Shown: in pieces, positions 35,349 to 47,530 of the stretch | Layout of the letters: each line of letters begins with the position of its first letter | How positions within the stretch are numbered: the first letter of the stretch is position 1 | From: Octopus sinensis | Taxonomy: Eukaryota | Length of the DNA: 64,000 nucleotides | Direction: 5' to 3' | Assembly: GCF_006345805.1 (NCBI RefSeq) | Contig: NC_043004.1 | Span: 80,910,001 to 80,974,000 of the forward strand | The notes under the pieces: model-generated | What the model saw: the letters and a program-made list of their open reading frames with translations, nothing else | Told to the model about the DNA's origin: nothing | The model's database searches: none | Position numbers and translations under genes: made by a program

Positions 35349-35559
35349 TATATATAGATATATATATATATTATATTATAATATATATATATAATAATAT
35401 TATTATATATATATATATATATATAATATAATATATATATATATATATACATATTGCAACTTATAAATAAGCATAAGAAAAAATTCTTATGCCAGATATA
35501 TATATATAATATATATATATAATATATATATATATATATCTACATATACCTTTTATCGT

Positions 35560-35790
35560 TATTTGCTTTCGTCATTAAACTGCGGCCGTGCTCAAGCAAC
35601 GCATTCAAGAGTTTTTGTCGAATGAATCAACCCCACTACTCCTTTTTTTATATGCCTATTAGATATTTTACCAGTATCTTTTGCCGAACCGCCCATTTAT
35701 TTGAACGTAAGCAAACCAACAACGGTTGTCAAGCGGTGGAATGAAGGGGACAAAAACAGATGCAAAGGTACACACGCGTGCACACACTCA
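35560..35790 (-). mobile_element. Decayed SINE family A, 3' half
   Basis: CTGCGGCCGTGCTCAAGCAACG...TTTGCCGAACCGC...GGTTGTCAAGCGG. Confidence 0.65.
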
Positions 35791-35931
35791 ACCATGCATA
35801 TATCGCATATATCTATATATAATATACAAATATATATATATGCATATATATATATATATATACAAATATATATATATATGCATATATATATATATACACA
35901 CACAAATATATATGTATATATATATATACAA

Positions 35932-36021
<90 letters not shown>

Positions 36022-36464
36022 TATATACATATACATATACATATATATAATCCACGCAAACGCGGATACGTATACACACACTGAGGCACGATGTGCGTGT
36101 TTATGTCAGTGTGTGTGTGTGTGTGTGTGTGTGAGTGTGAGTGTGTGTGAGTAAGAATGTATGGCTGTTTATTCTGTGAACACTTCTAAGCGATTACCCA
36201 ATGTATTAACTCTTATAATTTATGAGTCGTGAAACTACATAAATTATCCGTTTTCAATAAATGTTAGTTTGATGTGTTTACGTTTTACATTAAAAATTTT
36301 ACACAGAAATGTTTTATTTGTTCAACTGTAGCTTATTAATATATTGTACTCTCCTTCGGTCTCTTTCTTTCTTTCTTTCTTTCTTTCTTTCCCTCACTTT
36401 CAAAATATGTATGGATATAAATATGACTGTATATGTATATATGTGTGTTGTGTGTGTGTGTGTG

Positions 36465-36499
36465 TGTGTATTTAAATGGAGAAGGCTGATAATACATAC

Positions 36500-36548
<49 letters not shown>

Positions 36549-36570
36549 CAGCTTCTCCATTTATAATACA
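36465..36570. repeat. Inverted repeat centred on (TA)n; right arm tandemly repeated at about 36650 and 36948
   Basis: TAAATGGAGAAGGCTGATA-(TA)n-TATCAGCTTCTCCATTTA. Confidence 0.8.
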
Positions 36571-36594
36571 TGCACATATACATACATACATACA

Positions 36595-36627
<33 letters not shown>

Positions 36628-36733
36628 CCACACACACACATATATATATATATCAGCTTTCTCCATTTATAATACACGCACATATACATACATACATACA
36701 ATACATACACACACACACACACCACACACACAC

Positions 36734-36778
<45 letters not shown>

Positions 36779-36824
36779 TTAGTCTATGTATGCGTATATA
36801 TATACACACAATATATACATACAA

Positions 36825-36863
<39 letters not shown>

Positions 36864-37738
36864 TATATATATATATTATATATATATATATGCGCAAATA
36901 CACGCTATTATACATACCTACATATATACATATACATGGGACACATACCAGCTTTCTCCAGTTGTAATACACACACATATACATATGTATACACACATAC
37001 ACAGTATTTAATATGCACAGGATTTAAATTCTAGTTACTATTAGTGTCGTGCCGTAAAAGCACGATTGTCGGATAAGCTGGTACAACGCTTTGTGTATTT
37101 CCCAGCAAACTTTTGAAGCTCAAATATACAGCATGTCTGTTGTTTAAGACAAAGGGGAAAAAATAGAAAGGACATTGGTCTTTGAGATTAAAACAAAAAA
37201 AACAAAGCCCGAAAAGAAGGTAAAAGTGAATAGTGGAACGAATAAAACAAAAACAGAATGCAAGAAAATTAGGAGTTGCCTGCCTTTGTCACATTCGAAT
37301 CGGAACGCGACAAAGGGTTCGTGTAAATTAATTCAACGGGGAGAAGATCAAAGTTTGTAAAACTGCATGCTTAAACCGGAAAGGGTGGTGTTTTCCAGTG
37401 CAATAAAAGAAACTTGACCAGATGCTTACATTTTATATTAATTTCAGATCTCTCTCTCTCTCTCTCTGTATATTCTTTCTTCTTGACGACAATGCTAGGA
37501 TATTTCCTTGAAGGATTTCGTCACACAAATTCATTACATTTATTTTTAGTTTGTTAGCTTATTCTATCGAACTTTTGATGCCAAACTGCTAGATAACGAT
37601 CTGAAAGCAAAACACCGGTTGTCAAGAAACATACACAAAGATATCAATCCACCTATACAAGACACACAGGCAAATAAACGCGCGCACACACATGTACATA
37701 CATACATACACACACATATATATATTCATGTGTGTGTG

Positions 37739-37899
37739 TGTATGGATCAAAACAGTATGATTCAAATTCGTTGGTACTCTTGAGTTTCAAGCTTGATGCT
37801 AGTCGTCTTCTGTTTTGAACTCAAAATGGCTGACGACTAGTATCGCGCTTGAAACTCAAGAGTACCAATGAATTTGAATCATACTGTTTTGATCATACA
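37739..37899. mobile_element. Near-perfect 160-bp palindrome (foldback MITE-like)
   Basis: GATCAAAACAGTATGATTCAAATTCGTTGGTACTCTTGAGTTTCAAGC..GATGCTAGTCGTC [about 24 nt] GACGACTAGTATC..GCTTGAAACTCAAGAGTACCAATGAATTTGAATCATACTGTTTTGATC. Confidence 0.85.
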
Positions 37900-37951
37900 T
37901 GTAAGTCCCAATAAATTGTTGAGTGCCCTTCTTTCGTTTGTCCACTCACTC

Positions 37952-38003
<52 letters not shown>

Positions 38004-38103
38004 TATATATATATATTATAACTTGTCAGCGTTCCCTTCATCATATACGCAGTTATCACATTCGGTTAAAATGGCTTATTGATGTGTGTGTTGTTCCTTT
38101 TTT

Positions 38104-38190
38104 TCCCCTGATGAGGAGATCGCATTGTTTTACATCATTTTGTTCCCTCTTGAATAATACCAATGTTTTCTTTGAAACATATGTCAGAAG
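38104..38190 (+). ncRNA. Decayed hammerhead-like motif with long stem II
   Basis: CTGATGA (38108) GGAGA..GCATTG [loop] CAATGT.TTCTTT-GAAAC-ATAT-GTC (38174-38185); stem I is poorly paired. Confidence 0.4.
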
Positions 38191-38499
38191 TATAAAGATT
38201 TGAATAACACTTGCGTTTAACTCCATTTCTTTATTTATCTGTGTGTGTGTGTGTGTTTATGTATATTTATTGCTCTCCTATCAACTTTTCCCTCGAGAAT
38301 GGCTGACTCAGTTGTGGGATTACTCGAGATACCAACTCTATATAAAAGGAAAAAAATGTAGTCGATGGAGTTCCTGTTGGTAACAGTAAGAGTAGTGGAG
38401 ACGACGAAGACAATGGACAAGAGACGTGAAGGCCTTTCTTTTAGGAAAGACTTTCGATAATATCACATCGATCATTAACATATTTCATCTTCAGTCTTT

Positions 38500-39035
38500 A
38501 ACTTCTTTCAGCCATTTGACTGTGGCCATGCTGGGGCACTGCTTCGAAGGGTTTTAGTCGAACAGATTGGTCCCAGTACTCATCTCTCGGCCTCTTTCGA
38601 CAAACCGTTATTATTGTGACATGAACAAATCAACACCGGTTGTTAAGCGTTGGTGGAGGACAAACACACAAAGCCGCACACATACACAAAGATACACACA
38701 CCCACACACACCACATACACACATACACGATGAGTTTCCATATAGTTTTCGCCTACGAAATTCACTCTCAGTTTTGTTTTTGGTCGACTCGGGGCTATAG
38801 TAAAAGATAATTTCCCAAAATGTCGCGCAGTGGAGCTAAAGTGGGAACAAAGTCATTGCAAAGCGAGTTTCTTAAGCACACGTGTTAACAAAAAAGTCAC
38901 CATGACTTAGCGGTTAGGTACCAGGCTTAAAGAAAAAGAAAAAATATTTGTACTAGGGTCGATTCATTCGACTCATATATCTCTAAGGCGGTACCCCCAA
39001 CATGGCCGCAGTATAATGACTGAAACAAGTAAAAG
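38500..39035. mobile_element. Decayed SINE-A copies (minus about 38500-38890; plus tail about 38905-39035)
   Basis: CAGCCATTTGACTGTGGCCATGCTGGGG...; ...CATGGCCGCAGTATAATGACTGAAACAAG. Confidence 0.75.
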
Positions 39036-39267
39036 ATAACGGAGAAGCGATCCGTGAGCTTTAAAAGATTTCATTATCCGGAAGTAGCATCGGCAAGGGA
39101 AACAACTCACTATTCACGCCAATTTATCTTAATCCCAAATCTGTTGCAGCAGTTTTCCCTGCTGATAGTCCCACAATACTATAGTCTTTACAACACCGAT
39201 TCGTAAAATCACCCGAAATCGGTCTATAATATCGTATTGCATATGGCACGCGTGTGTGTTACTGAAA

Positions 39268-39580
39268 GCACGTGGCTCATTTGTTAGGGTATTCGGTTCT
39301 CAGTCGTAAGGTAGTGAGTTCGAATCCTGGGTGCGCGTCGTGTCCTTGAGCAAGACACTTTATTTCAAGTTGTTCCAGTCCACTCAGCTGATAAAAATGA
39401 GCAATACCTTGTCACACTCAGCGTCACGTTGAATCTCCCTGAGAACTACGTAAAGGCTACTACGCGCATCTGTGGAGTGGGGTGCTCAACCGCTTACACA
39501 TTAATTTCACGAGCAGGGCTCTTCCGTTGATAGAATCTGCTGGGACCTACGTCGTTGTAACCGACGAAGTGCTATTCCAT
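39268..39580 (+). mobile_element. SINE related to family C (different head and central part, same tail)
   Basis: GTGGCTCATTTGTTAGGG...GAGTTCGAATCCTGGG...GTGTCCTTGAGCAAGACAC...GAGAACTACGTAAAGG...GTCGTTGTAACCGACGAAGTG. Confidence 0.8.
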
Positions 39581-39581
39581 A

Positions 39582-39955
39582 TTCTTTATTCTTTTACTTG
39601 TTTCAGTCATTTCACTGCGGCCATGCTGGAGCACCGGCTTTTAGTCGAACAAATCAATCCAAGGACTTATTCTTTGTAAGCTTAGTACTTATTTTATCGG
39701 TCTCTTTTGCCGAACCGCTCGGTTACGGGGCCGTAAACGCACCAACATCGGTTGCCCACCGATGGTGGGAGGACAAACACAGACACGCACGCACAAATAT
39801 ATACAACTATATATATATATATACGACGGGCTTCTTTCAGTTTCCGCCGACCAAATCCACTCATAAAACTTTGGTCGGCCCGAGGCTACTGTAGACACAC
39901 TTGCCCAAGTTCCCACGCAGTGGGACTGAACCCGGAACCATGCGGTTCGGAAGCT
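39582..39955 (-). mobile_element. SINE family A, nearly full length
   Basis: Consensus-like tail, microsatellite and central domain; head truncated at the next element. Confidence 0.9.
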
Positions 39956-41007
39956 TTGCGGGAGCAACTGTTTTGACGAAGACGCATCTTGTTCTAACGC
40001 CCGGATTGCGGAGTAGATAAAACAGGGGACAACTGATGAAGGGATTGTCCTTTATGTCGCCTGTCTCGTTTTTCTATTTGTTTCTTTCGTTGTTCAAAAA
40101 AAGTTCGTTTTCCATGTTTTTGTAATTCATCTTCTCGTTTTTCATGTTGTTTACGCTTTTTGACATCCTGTACCCATATATGCATGTGTATATACATATA
40201 TATGTGAGTATGTACATGTATGTATGTATGTATATATGCATATATATATATTATTTATATTATTATATGATTGAATGCCACGCATCCATTTCCAAGTTAG
40301 TTTTACCGTAATAATTCTGATGCGACATTTTTCTATTACTATCTCTATTCCTCTCTCTCTCTCTCTCTCTCTTCCTCTTTCTTTATTCTTTTTTCTTCCC
40401 GCCCCCCTTCCTCTAATTCTTCTCCTCTCCCTTCACCATTCCGTATCTGTCCGTCACTCTCCGTCACTCCTCCTCCTTGACTCTCTCGTTGCTCACACGT
40501 GACCAGCGGCCATCTTTCTTCTAACTCGAATTTCTTTCTTTCTTCTCGTTCAGCTACAAGGGATAGCATGCATTTTTGTCTGTCTCCTGTCAAAGCTTGT
40601 TCTCCAGCGTTCACCATTTCACCTCGCTATGGCTTAACAGCCCTTACTGTTTCTTTTAACTGTCCTGTTTTTGTTAGCAACTTTGACCCTCCGCAAAATC
40701 CTAAATTTTATTTAATTTGCTTTGCGGGAGCGACTGTTTTGACGAAGACGCATCTTGTCCTAAAGCTCGCAATGTGGATTAGATAAAACAGTGGACAACT
40801 GACGAAGAGATTGTCGTTTCTGTTGCCTATCGCGTTTTTCTACTTGTTTCTTTCGTTGTTCACAAAAAAATTTCGGTTTCCATGTTTTTATAATTCATGT
40901 TCTCGTTTCTCATTTTGTCTACGGTTTTTCATGTCCTGTACCCATATATGCATGTGTATATACATATATACATAAATATGTGCATATATATATATATGTA
41001 TATATGC

Positions 41008-41056
<49 letters not shown>

Positions 41057-41110
41057 TATTTATATTATTATATGATCGACCGCTACTCAACCATTTCCAA
41101 GTAAGTTCTA
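39955..41110 (+). mobile_element. Non-coding element with partial direct repeat (about 39955-40330 and 40720-41110), Penelope-like by architecture
   Basis: TTTGCGGGAGC.ACTGTTTTGACGAAGACGCATCTTG...CCATTTCCAAGT occurs twice; spacer plus repeat is homologous to the reverse complement of 13585-13970. Confidence 0.75.
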
Positions 41111-41124
41111 TGTATATATATATA

Positions 41125-41285
41125 TACGACGGACTTCTTTCAGTTTCAGTCTACTAAATCCACCCACAAGGCTTTGGTCGGCCCGAGCCTATAGCAGAAG
41201 TCACTTACCCAAGATGCCTTGCAGTGGGACTGAACCCGGAACCATGTGGTTGGGAAGCATGCTACTTACCACACAGCCACTCATG
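41125..41285 (-). mobile_element. SINE family A, 5' half
   Basis: ACGACGGACTTCTTTCAGTTTC...TTACCACACAGCCACTC. Confidence 0.85.
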
Positions 41286-41590
41286 TTTACAAGTTTATGA
41301 TCTTTTCAGGTTCAGCTCTTGCTCTCATTTTTAATCTATCATTTCTGTTTCTCTTTATAATTCCCTTTGTTTTCTCTCTCTCTCTATCTCTTACTCGCTC
41401 TCTCCCCACCTCTCGTTCGCTCCTTCTCTCTTTCTTTCTCCCACTCATGCATACTCACATACACACCTCGCACACACACACACACACACACATTCAGTTA
41501 AGTTTTCGTCCATACTCCGTTTATATTTTTCCCGTTTAGTAACCCTTACCCGCCACCTCTCTTTCTCACTCAATACCAATCTTTCTGTCA

Positions 41591-41651
<61 letters not shown>

Positions 41652-41843
41652 TCCCTCCTTCAACCTCTCTCTCTCTCTCTCTCTGTCTTCTTACCTTTCT
41701 TTGACATATGTTAATTTCTATTTCCTTTCCCGCTCCCCCCTCTTTCTATTTGTTGTCTGATATCTGTCAGCTTTATCACACAGCTTCTCATTATCACCCC
41801 ACCGTCTCTCTCCCTCACACTCTCTGTATGCATGTATGAATGT

Positions 41844-41910
<67 letters not shown>

Positions 41911-42379
41911 TGTATATGTGTGTGAACGAGTGTTCGCGTATTTATAAACCTTTATTCATTTCCTTCATTACAATCATTTGTCAAATATTTCTTTGCCTTC
42001 AACTAATATATTTTATCCATCTCTTACCTACTCTCTCCCTCCCTCCCCTCCCTCTCTCTCTCTCTCTCTTTCCCTCTCTAATTCTCCCTCCGTCTTCTGT
42101 GCAACTGTTTACTCAGGCTCCTCCACCCACCTCTCCTCCTACCAGTCGCCTTTCATAAATCATTTTCTCAGATAGCGTTGTACAAACTTATTGTATTCTT
42201 GCGCTCGAAAATACTAAAAAAATAAAAATGGCGGTTCTTCCATTTTATTTTCCTCTGTTTAGCTCACCTTCGAGTGTTTGTCTTTCCACCATTTAGCGAC
42301 TTGATTCTTACGATTGAAATCCTACGGTTTTCTTGAGTTTGTTCTTTTATCTGTTTGATAATATATTTACTCGCTTATT

Positions 42380-43810
42380 AACGAGCTTTGCTTTTATATG
42401 CCAGACTTGTTTGGCTGCCTTTTAGCAGGTTTGTCTACCGCAACGGGCAGCAGAACGGGAGAATTCCTAGTTCTGTGAGTCGAGGAATGGTGGCACTGCT
42501 GAGAATGGATCCAAACAAGGTTTGGTCCGGTTCTTCGGGTAGAGAAGAATTGGGACGAACTGACGAGCAGTGTAGCCAATCTCACTCAGAAATTACTAGA
42601 GAGAAAGCTTTCCTTGAAAGATCGAGCAGAGATGGCGAATGCTTACGTCGCCTCCGGCACATAATTACCGCCTGACCGTTGAGCCTTACTCCAGTTTACG
42701 ACTGTCCACTTTGGAGCACATACACTTTCGCTTTCTGTGGAAGGGACGCATTCCATTGGTCAAGAGCTCCATTTGCTGTCAACACCCGCTGAATGAAGGG
42801 CTGGGCATGTCGTAGCTGCTGATGTGCAAACATGCTGAGGCTACGACATCTCTAGTGCTTCCTTGACGGTGAGCAGATGTGGTCGCCGTTTGTCAAACAG
42901 GATATTTCACAGCTCGTCTCTTTGAACTGCAGTCTTGGATCAAACCTAGACTGAAGCAGGGCCCCTGGTACATAACGTATCGTGAGGCGCTCATAGCCCT
43001 CTATCGAATGGGCAATGCTGTCGGTGGGAGTTCCACTCTGGTGTTCCATAGAGGGTTAGTGACGGGCAAATGCGACGACATTCATGGGGAAACTCTGGGT
43101 GTCGATGTGAATGAGCTGACGTCTATTCCAGAGGACTTTCAGGCCGCGGCCGAGGTGTGCGCAGAGCGGCGAAACTGTTTTTCACGTCCTCGTCCAGTGC
43201 AGGTGTATATCTAACTTGTGGGTTTATGTTGAACACCTGTTGTCACGTGTAGGACGGAACTGGCTATCGGCTGAATCCATTGTGAAGATCGTCCCGCCGC
43301 CTTCCTTTGGCTGAGAAGGGCAAGCAGTGTTTTTTTTTTTTTGCCGACTGGCCTTAGTGAAAGAGGTTGCGTGGTGGACCAGGTTGAAAGAGCTGAAGGC
43401 ATTAACCTTCCTCTTTGGCCAAGCCCCCATTAATTTTTTCCAGTTTCACTTGAAAAGGAAAATGAGGGTGGAGAGGGAAGTGCTGCCTCCCAGCAATTTT
43501 CTTAAAAGGTAGGTGAATGCTGCAAGAATGCTCTGAGTGAACAGGCTTACTCTAAGCATGTGCCTGTAAATTGAAGGACACAAATGCAGAGAGGACATTT
43601 ACCCTAATGGTCAGGGCGAAAGTGGTTTTTGTGGGGTCTTCATGAGCAACCCTAGAAAGTCTCTCTCTTTTGGGGGGAGTTCATTGTTATAATTTTATAT
43701 TGTTACTGTTTTATTTTTTACACGCCTTTTATACCTCCCCACATTATACTGTCCTGTACCACCCCCAGTGTTTTGTGAATCCTTTTTGGTTAATAAAGAA
43801 AACATTATTA
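42380..43810 (+). mobile_element. Decayed L1/Tx1-like LINE, internally deleted 3' portion
   Basis: RGMVALLRMDPNK (pre-RT 'L..K...K' motif), ELQSWIK, EREVLPPSNFLKR*VN C-terminus, AATAAA near 43790; homologous to 62850-63400. Confidence 0.6.
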
Positions 43811-43819
43811 TTGTCGTTG

Positions 43820-44680
43820 TTAAGGCAGCGAACGGGCAGAATCGTTAGCACGCTTACAGGCGGCGAGCTGGCAGAAACGTTAGCATGGCCGGCGAAATGC
43901 TTAGCTGTATTTCGTCTGCCATTACGTTCTGAGTTCAAATTCCGCCGAGGTCGACTTTGCCTTTCATCCTTTCGGGGTCGATAAATTAAGTACCAGTTAC
44001 GCACTGGGGTCGATGTAATCGACTTAATCCCTTTGTCTGTCCTTGTTTGTCCCCTCTATGTTCAGCCCCTTGTGGGCAATAAAGAAATAAGAATCGTTAG
44101 CACGCCGGACGAAATGCTTAGCGGTATTTCGTCTGCCGTTACGTTCTCAGTTCAAATTCCGTCGGGTCGACTTTACCTTTCATCCTTTCGGAGTCGATAA
44201 ACTAAGTACGAGTTACGCACTGGGGTCGATGTAATCGACTTAATCCGTTTGTCTCCTTGTTTGTCCCTCTGTGTTTAGCCCCTTGTGGGTAGTAAAGAAA
44301 TAGGTATTTCGCCTATCGCTACGTTCTAAGTTCAAATTCCGCCGAGGTCGAATTTGCATTTCATCCTTTCGGGGTCAATAAATTAAGTACCAGTTACGCA
44401 CTGGGGTCGATATAATCGACTTAATCCCTTTGTCTGTCCTTGTTTGTTCCCTCTATGTTTAGCCCCTTGTGGGCAATAAAGAAATAAGAACCGTTAGCAC
44501 GCTGGACGAAATACTTAGCGGCATTTCGCCTGTCGCTATGTTCTGAGTTCAAATTCCTCCCAGGTCTACTTTATCTTTCATCCTTTCGAGGTCGATGAAA
44601 CCACTGTAAAATCACTGGGGTCGATGTAATCAACTAGGCCCCTCCCCCAAATTTTCAGGCGTTGTGCCTTTAGTAGAAAG
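43820..44680 (+). mobile_element. SINE family B head-to-tail tetramer
   Basis: Units start at about 43859, 44092, 44304 and 44489; the last unit ends with the alternative tail CCCTCCCCCAAATTTTCAGGCGTTGTGCC. Confidence 0.92.
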
Positions 44681-44684
44681 GATT

Positions 44685-44726
<42 letters not shown>

Positions 44727-45519
44727 GCTGTTGTTGTTGTTGTTATCATCATCATCATCCTCAACATCATCTGACTTAATTGCATTCTTTACTTTTTTTC
44801 TTTTTTGTTATATTTCACTGAATATTAGTATCCTTTAAGACAGCAAAAAGACAAACACAATATATACACCCAGCGGCAACCCAAATATTAGTATTCACAT
44901 TCACCAACTGTGTTCACGTGATAAACCAATCCTGGATAACCAACGAATCCTACACACAAACATACAGTACCCCTATTCACATCAACTCAACAACAACAAA
45001 AAAAATCTCTCTTCCTCTCCCTCTCTCTCTTCATTTTCTCTTGCCCTGCTTTTTTATTGTATTTTATCTTCATTTATTTATTTATTTATTCATTTAATTA
45101 TTTATTGTCAAATGTTGTTAACAAACAACAAAGAAATTCCTTACTAAACGTTTGTAAGATTAGCCAGCAGTCTGCCAAGCAACATGGTGGACTGAGAACT
45201 GTCAAAATATGACGGACATTGATAATGTAAAGCGTTCTTTTAGACGAGTCAGGCGAGAGGTGTCTTCGTCACAATGGCAGACTTTTTCAACTTATATCAA
45301 ATACAGGTTGCACCAAAAGAACTCGACTCTCACCCTTCTTTTATCACTATGATATTCATACAAACTTGGGTCCCTTTCTTTATTCATTTCCTTCCTTTCT
45401 TTTCTTCTTCTATTTCGTTTTTTCCTTCTCATTTTCTTTTCTCCCAAATCAAATCTAGTTTCTCGTACAGTCTTTTCTTTTCTTTTTCTCTTTTTTTGCT
45501 TAGTTTTTGTTTATTTATC

Positions 45520-45550
45520 AACATGATCATCATCATCATCATCATCATCA

Positions 45551-45605
<55 letters not shown>

Positions 45606-45643
45606 CATTATTATTATTATTATTATCATCATCATCATCATTA

Positions 45644-45679
<36 letters not shown>

Positions 45680-45696
45680 CATCATTATCATCATCA

Positions 45697-45739
<43 letters not shown>

Positions 45740-45778
45740 CATCATCATTATCATCATCATCATTATTATTATTATTAT

Positions 45779-45816
<38 letters not shown>

Positions 45817-45850
45817 AGTAGTAGTAGTAGTAGTAGTAGTAGTAGCATTA
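45520..45850. repeat. Compound (ATC)n/(ATT)n/(AGT)n microsatellite
   Basis: Direct reading. Confidence 0.95.
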
Positions 45851-46108
45851 TTTCATTCTATGCTTCGTATTTCATTTCAAACTCGTCTTTCACTCCGTCC
45901 ATCTTTCATCTGCTTTCTCGGCGTCTCCTTTTGTTCGCTTCACCTTTACACCTCCTCCTCCCCCTCCCCCTCCCCCACCTCCTCCGTCTCCCCTCCTCCC
46001 TTTTCCAACCCCCTTAATACCTCTGTCGATCGTTTTTACAAATTTTCCGTTCTCCTTTTTCACCAGCATGCACTTACTCTCTCTCCCTCCGTCTCTTTTT
46101 CTCTCTCT

Positions 46109-46150
<42 letters not shown>

Positions 46151-46339
46151 TTACATTATTACTTTTCTTTCTCTCATTGTATGTGTTCACACACACCTCT
46201 CTATTATTATTAACCTTTGTCAACGCATGATTCTACTCTGCCTCCATTTGCCCAACCCCGCTTTTCTCTCTCTCTCTCTATCTCACTACATACATCACAC
46301 ACACATTTTTGCCTGCTAAACTACAACTACTACCACCAG

Positions 46340-46388
<49 letters not shown>

Positions 46389-47139
46389 ACATAACTGCTA
46401 CAACCACAACTAGTACAATTACCGCCATTGAATACGGCTTCTGTTTCTTGGTTCTATAACCTGTATGCCTCAGAGAAACAACAGTTTTCTTTTCACAAAC
46501 AAACAATGACAATTTAATTTTATTTTTTCTTCTCCTTCAAAACTAATTCGTTTGATATTTTCGCACTGTTCGTAGTCGTGGTTTCTCAAAATATAGCAAC
46601 GATGTCACCAGCATTGCAACAACGTTTCGATTATTGTTAGATTTTAAAATAAGATTCTTTTAGAAAACAAATATTCTTATAATTTTTCTCCTTTTTGACG
46701 TTTTCAAAATGGCTGCCTCAGTGATATGAGTTGTTCATTTGAAGCTTCGAGATTAGATGTAAAGAAACAAGTCAGATTGAGAATGTCAGTACGAAAAGGT
46801 TTTTGAAAGAGGATTAAGATTAAACTTAATAAATCATGAAATCCATATAGATCAGATAGAAACAATAAGAGATATTCATATCAATTCATTCTTAAAACGT
46901 TCTAGCAGATTCGAACGGGAATATGCTGATCGCTGTTGTTTTTCCACATTGGAGAACAACTCCACCTCTTAGACAATGTGTTTTCTTAACATGTGATTCA
47001 CCGGTGCAAGGAGATTTCGAAACACTGTAGTGTCTTGACCTCCTTGTGTGTCTCCTCAGTCAAAATCACCGAACCGAACCGATGACTCAAATAGTGTCAC
47101 AAGCTCTTATTCATAGAAATCAGTGTGCAAATTATTTAC

Positions 47140-47530
47140 TGAAGTGGCTGTGTGGTAAGTAGTTTGCTTTCCAACTACATGGTTCCAGGTTCAGCCTCAC
47201 TGCGTGGCACCTTGGGCAAGTGTTTTCTACTATAAACTCGGGACGACCAAAGCCTTTGTGACTAGATTTGGTAAACAGAAACTGAAAGAAGCCCGTTGTA
47301 TATGCGTGTGTGTGTGAGTGTGTGTGCGTGTGTTTGTCCCCCCAACATCGCTTGACAACCGGTCCTGGTGTGTTTATATCCCCGTAACTTAGCGGTTCGA
47401 CAAAAGATACCGATAGAATAAGTACCAGGCTTACAAAGAATAAGTCCTGAGGTCAATTCTCTCGACCAAAGGCGGTGCTCCAGCATGGCCGCAGTCGAAT
47501 GACTGAAACAAGTAAAGGAATAAAAGAAAA
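47140..47530 (+). mobile_element. SINE family A, full length
   Basis: GAAGTGGCTGTGTGGTAAG...GGCGGTGCTCCAGCATGGCCGCAGTCGAATGACTGAAACAAG. Confidence 0.9.

Noticed and set aside
43859-44680. CRISPR-like array interpretation of the repeated units (also 10301-10462 and 18090-18710)
   Set aside because: No unique spacers between repeats, eukaryotic context and no cas genes; the units are SINEs or minisatellites.
45274-46017. 247-aa ORF and the many poly-I/Y/H/T/V/C ORFs throughout the window
   Set aside because: Stop-free translations of di- and trinucleotide microsatellites.
47020-47075. GAAACAC-TGTA-GTGTC followed by a TTGAC/GTCAA stem
   Set aside because: Looks like stems III and I of a type II hammerhead, but no CUGANGA follows.
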